A stretch of DNA of 64,000 nucleotides. Origin: Verrucomicrobiota bacterium. Lineage in GTDB: Bacteria; Verrucomicrobiota; Verrucomicrobiia; Opitutales; Cerasicoccaceae. Below are positions 61,328 to 64,000 of the stretch, piece after piece; positions within the stretch are counted from its first letter, which is position 1; each line of letters starts with the position of its first letter. A program made the position numbers and the translations under genes. The stretch covers positions 168,302 to 232,301 of the forward strand of contig JBCBUK010000004.1 of NCBI GenBank assembly GCA_039818205.1, read 5' to 3'. The notes beneath the pieces were generated by a model that saw only the letters and a list, made by a program, of their open reading frames with translations, was not told the DNA's origin and made no database searches.

Positions 61328-61906
61328 CTAGGTGCTTTGCTTTAACTTGCGACGGCGGAGCCAAACCATCGTGCCCAGGCCGAGGAGGCCTGCTCCGGCG
61401 ATGTAGGTGGATGGCTCAGGTACCGAGCCAACCGTAAGTGTTACTGTATCGCTGGGGAGCGCCCAAACCGAAGCTACTGGGGTGGTGATTCCCAATCCTG
61501 CAAACGTTGTTCCTACGTAGGTGGAAGAAAAACTAATTGGAGCGTTTGAAACATAGCCTGGAGGGAGGCCAATTAAACCACCGGCAACAAAAAATGGATC
61601 TCCGGACACAATGGGTGTGGTGGTTGCTCCGCCAGTGCCAAACGGCCCAGGCGAAATTGCAATGTAGCTATCGTACAATGTCGTGCCACCGCCTAGGGCG
61701 TCATAGCCAACTGCTGCTCCATTCGGAATTATAAGCGCATCATCTCCAAGGATTGTGGGGCCTCCCGGGGCAGCGCCGGCGAGGTCAATCGACCCGGAAC
61801 CAGAGATGACAACATTACCACCGACTTCGGCAGCTGTGATGACGATCGCGGCGTGGCTCGTAATGACCGATGCGGCTAGGAGTGCGATTGTGGCAATAGT
61901 CTTCAT
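61328..61906 (-). CDS. PEP-CTERM protein, array paralog 4
   Basis: AIVITAAEVGGNVVISGSGSIDL...LPSDTVTL...VPEPSTY-TM-RRRK. Confidence 0.93.
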   Translation of the reverse strand: MKTIATIALLAASVITSHAAIVITAAEVGGNVVISGSGSIDLAGAAPGGPTILGDDALIIPNGAAVGYDALGGGTTLYDSYIAISPGPFGTGGATTTPIVSGDPFFVAGGLIGLPPGYVSNAPISFSSTYVGTTFAGLGITTPVASVWALPSDTVTLTVGSVPEPSTYIAGAGLLGLGTMVWLRRRKLKQST

Positions 61907-61984
61907 AATTATGAAAAATTAATTGTTCAATAAATGATTTCGCAAGCTCATTAGTGGAGGTTGCGTAACTAAGCTAAGATGCAC

Positions 61985-62015
61985 AAAAAACGCCGCCTCT
62001 AATCGAGACGGCATT
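61985..62015 (-). terminator. terminator T3 of the PEP-CTERM array
   Basis: AATGCCGTCTC-GATTA-GAGGCGGCGTT-TTTTG. Confidence 0.85.
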
Positions 62016-62016
62016 C

Positions 62017-62120
62017 ATGAAAATCTAGAGCTTGGCCTACTGAGCAGCTTTCGCCTGCTTACGACGGCGATAGAGAACCAAGGCACCCAGGCCGAGGAGA
62101 CCAGCACCCGCGATGTAGGT
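62017..62120. repeat. 104-bp exact direct repeat, copy 2
   Basis: Identical to 60592-60695. Confidence 0.95.
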
Positions 62121-62618
62121 GGAAGGCTCGGGCACCGCTGCAACATTGAGCGTTACAGTATCGCCTGGGAGCGTCCACACGAAGGTTCCTGGAGAGGTGA
62201 TGCCCAGGCTCACAAATGAAGTTCCAACAAATGTGCTCGTGAAACTAATTGGCGTATTGGAAATGTAGCCTACGGGTAGTCCAACGAGGTTGGCATCGAC
62301 GAGAAATGAGTCGCCAGTTGCCGTCGGGCTCGTGGTTGTGCCACCCGCACCGAAATTGCCAACCGATGTTGCTGTATAAAACTGAAGGTTCGTTGTGCCG
62401 CCACCAGCGAAATCGAATCCTAGGATATCCGAATTCGGAACGACTGCTGCTGGGTCTCCAAGAGTCCCCGTGCCGCCCATTACTGCTCCAGCAAGGTCGA
62501 TTGAACCGTTGCCCGTGAAAACAATGTTACCGCCAACTTTAGCGGCGTTGATGATGATGGCGCCGTGGCAAGCAATAGCCGACGCTGCGAAAAATGCGGT
62601 TGCAATAAGTAGCTTCAT
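62037..62618 (-). CDS. PEP-CTERM protein, array paralog 5
   Basis: AIIINAAKVGGNIVFTGNGSIDL...LPGDTVTL...VPEPSTY-TM-RRRKQAKAAQ. Confidence 0.93.
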   Translation of the reverse strand: MKLLIATAFFAASAIACHGAIIINAAKVGGNIVFTGNGSIDLAGAVMGGTGTLGDPAAVVPNSDILGFDFAGGGTTNLQFYTATSVGNFGAGGTTTSPTATGDSFLVDANLVGLPVGYISNTPISFTSTFVGTSFVSLGITSPGTFVWTLPGDTVTLNVAAVPEPSTYIAGAGLLGLGALVLYRRRKQAKAAQ

Positions 62619-62933
62619 AGTAACGCGGATTGAATCGATCCAACCCTTGCCATGCAAGCCTTTAGGAAGTCAATGTGGTAAAAAATGCCTAATGATTGGG
62701 CTTATTCGTTAAGGGTTTAAATTTGTTAAGAGCGATTAAGTTATGCCTGAGTAGATGGCTTTATTTATCGGTAGCGAAAGTCTACTATCGCACTAAGGCC
62801 AATGAGCCCTGGGGTGGGCAATCGGTGGATCGCGTTGGAGCGGGATCACGTTTTTGCGGAATGGTGTCGGGTGGGAGGTTAGGTTGGCGATTCCGTGCTT
62901 GTCACTAAGGGTACTTCGGGTCAGATTTTTCGC

Positions 62934-63254
62934 ATGATACGCGCTCTATTGATTACATTGACAATTGCTCTACTCGCTGGTTGCTCCAGCTTTTCCGACC
63001 GTATTCAAGACCTCGACTTCGGCATGACTGAAGGTCAGGTTCGCGACGAACTCGGTAGCGATTACCAAGTCGTTGCCTCATCGATTAACAAAGAGGGGCA
63101 GAAGGTCGCTGGCTGGAAATACCAGGATTCTGAAAAGGATCCAGCCTACATGGTCTACTTCGTGGATGGAAAGTTGGCTCAGTGGGGCGAAGCCGGTGCG
63201 CTTCGGGCTATTCCCGAGCTCGGCAACCCCGACCACGGAAGCGAGTCAAAGTAG
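62934..63254 (+). CDS. small lipoprotein, SmpA/BamE/DUF3192-like fold
   Basis: Lipobox LAGC; LDFGMTEGQVRDELG and VYFVDGKLAQWG motifs. Confidence 0.75.
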   Translation: MIRALLITLTIALLAGCSSFSDRIQDLDFGMTEGQVRDELGSDYQVVASSINKEGQKVAGWKYQDSEKDPAYMVYFVDGKLAQWGEAGALRAIPELGNPDHGSESK

Positions 63255-63325
63255 CACCGTGCTTCAGTTCGGGGCGTCGCCCCGAAGCACGAAGGAAATC
63301 GCGACTGGATAACCGACCTTATTTC

Positions 63326-63361
63326 AGCGCCACGCCGATTTCCAGCGGGGCGCTTTTGTTT
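63326..63361 (+). terminator. probable terminator after the lipoprotein gene
   Basis: AGCGCCACGC-CGATTTCCA-GCGGGGCGCT-TTTGTTT (one mismatch). Confidence 0.55.
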
Positions 63362-63526
63362 CCCAGGAAATACTCGAGACTTGCGAGGATGAACGACCCT
63401 TGCGCCCAGCTTAAGGGCTTGGTCTTTCATTCGGTAACGTGTTAAAAATGCAATCTTCGTGGATTCGCCCGCTGTGATCGCTTTGATTAAACCGGTCGAA
63501 TTCCTCATAATAATTTAACGATATTG

Positions 63527-63958
63527 ATGGAAGACGTTCAAAAAATAATCCCGCACCGCCCACCATTCCTGTTCATCGACGAAGTCGTCGAAGTTGAATC
63601 CGATCGCGTCCTTTGCCGCCGCACACTGCGTGCCGATGAGTTTTTCTACGAAGGTCACTATCCGGGAAATCCAATCACCCCCGGGGTTCTATTGTGCGAG
63701 TCCGTGTTTCAAGCCGGAGCCGTTCTTTTGATTAAGAAACTCGGGGAGGGCGCCGCAGAGGGAAAAACACCCGTTCTATCCCGCATTCAAGACGCCCGTT
63801 TTAAACGAATGGTCAAGCCGGGTGACACGGTCGAGATCGAAGCCATCTTCAAAGAAGAGATTCGTGGATTCAATTTCATGCGCGGCTCCGTAAAACTGGC
63901 GGGCAAAAATGCGCTGACGATCGACTACGTTTTGGCCCTCGTGGACGAAGCGAGCTAA
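63527..63958 (+). CDS. fabZ: FabZ-like 3-hydroxyacyl-ACP dehydratase
   Basis: IPHRPPFLFID, FYEGHYPGNPITPGVLLCE and ARFKRMVKPGD motifs. Confidence 0.8.
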   Translation: MEDVQKIIPHRPPFLFIDEVVEVESDRVLCRRTLRADEFFYEGHYPGNPITPGVLLCESVFQAGAVLLIKKLGEGAAEGKTPVLSRIQDARFKRMVKPGDTVEIEAIFKEEIRGFNFMRGSVKLAGKNALTIDYVLALVDEAS

Positions 63959-64000
63959 TGTTACAGAGCTTTTCCTAAGTGTAGCGGCCATTTTGCCGAT

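Noticed and set aside
59295..62618. Diversity-generating retroelement or invertible shufflon as the cause of PEP-CTERM variation
   Set aside because: No reverse transcriptase or recombinase in the window. The repeats are direct and exact rather than adenine-specific variants, and all genes are co-oriented.
63179..63508. 109-aa minus-strand ORF between the lipoprotein gene and fabZ
   Set aside because: It overlaps the lipoprotein gene antisense, runs through hairpins, and has no protein-like motifs.
1..64000. CRISPR array, IS elements, prophage, rRNA
   Set aside because: No regularly spaced repeats, transposase or phage ORFs, or rRNA-like sequence were seen.

Overview
Chromosomal window from a Verrucomicrobiota-like bacterium, probably Opitutia. 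This is an inference from the VPEPS...RRRK PEP-CTERM proteins, a TPR-ExbB-ExbD-ExbD cluster, eukaryote/archaea-type ProRS and the scarcity of Shine-Dalgarno sites. Most of the window is housekeeping: acs, queA, mnmA, trpB, pdxA, lpxA, proS, thiD, ogg, dxr-cdsA-uppS, gdhA, ilvN-ilvC, hemC, cobA/hemD, clpS, tyrS, a fabZ-like gene and one tRNA-Val(TAC). No integrase, transposase, reverse transcriptase, CRISPR array or rRNA was seen. The most interesting features are: (1) a tandem array of five paralogous PEP-CTERM surface-protein genes with diverged cores, a 104-bp identical 3' segment, a 27-bp identical 5' segment, homologous terminators and individual near-leaderless promoters; (2) a four-gene translationally coupled operon of a SET-domain protein with a histone-like Lys tail, a GT28 glycolipid synthase, an SCP2-domain protein and a class III aminotransferase; (3) a probable unannotated ~105-nt sRNA or leader sharing a 28-bp promoter motif with lpxA; (4) a TonB-less TPR/TPR/ExbB/ExbD/ExbD motor cluster; (5) an accessory glycan/surface region ending in a probable toxin-immunity remnant at the tRNA 3' end; (6) a missed 49-aa membrane protein. 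All calls are by eye; no searches were run.
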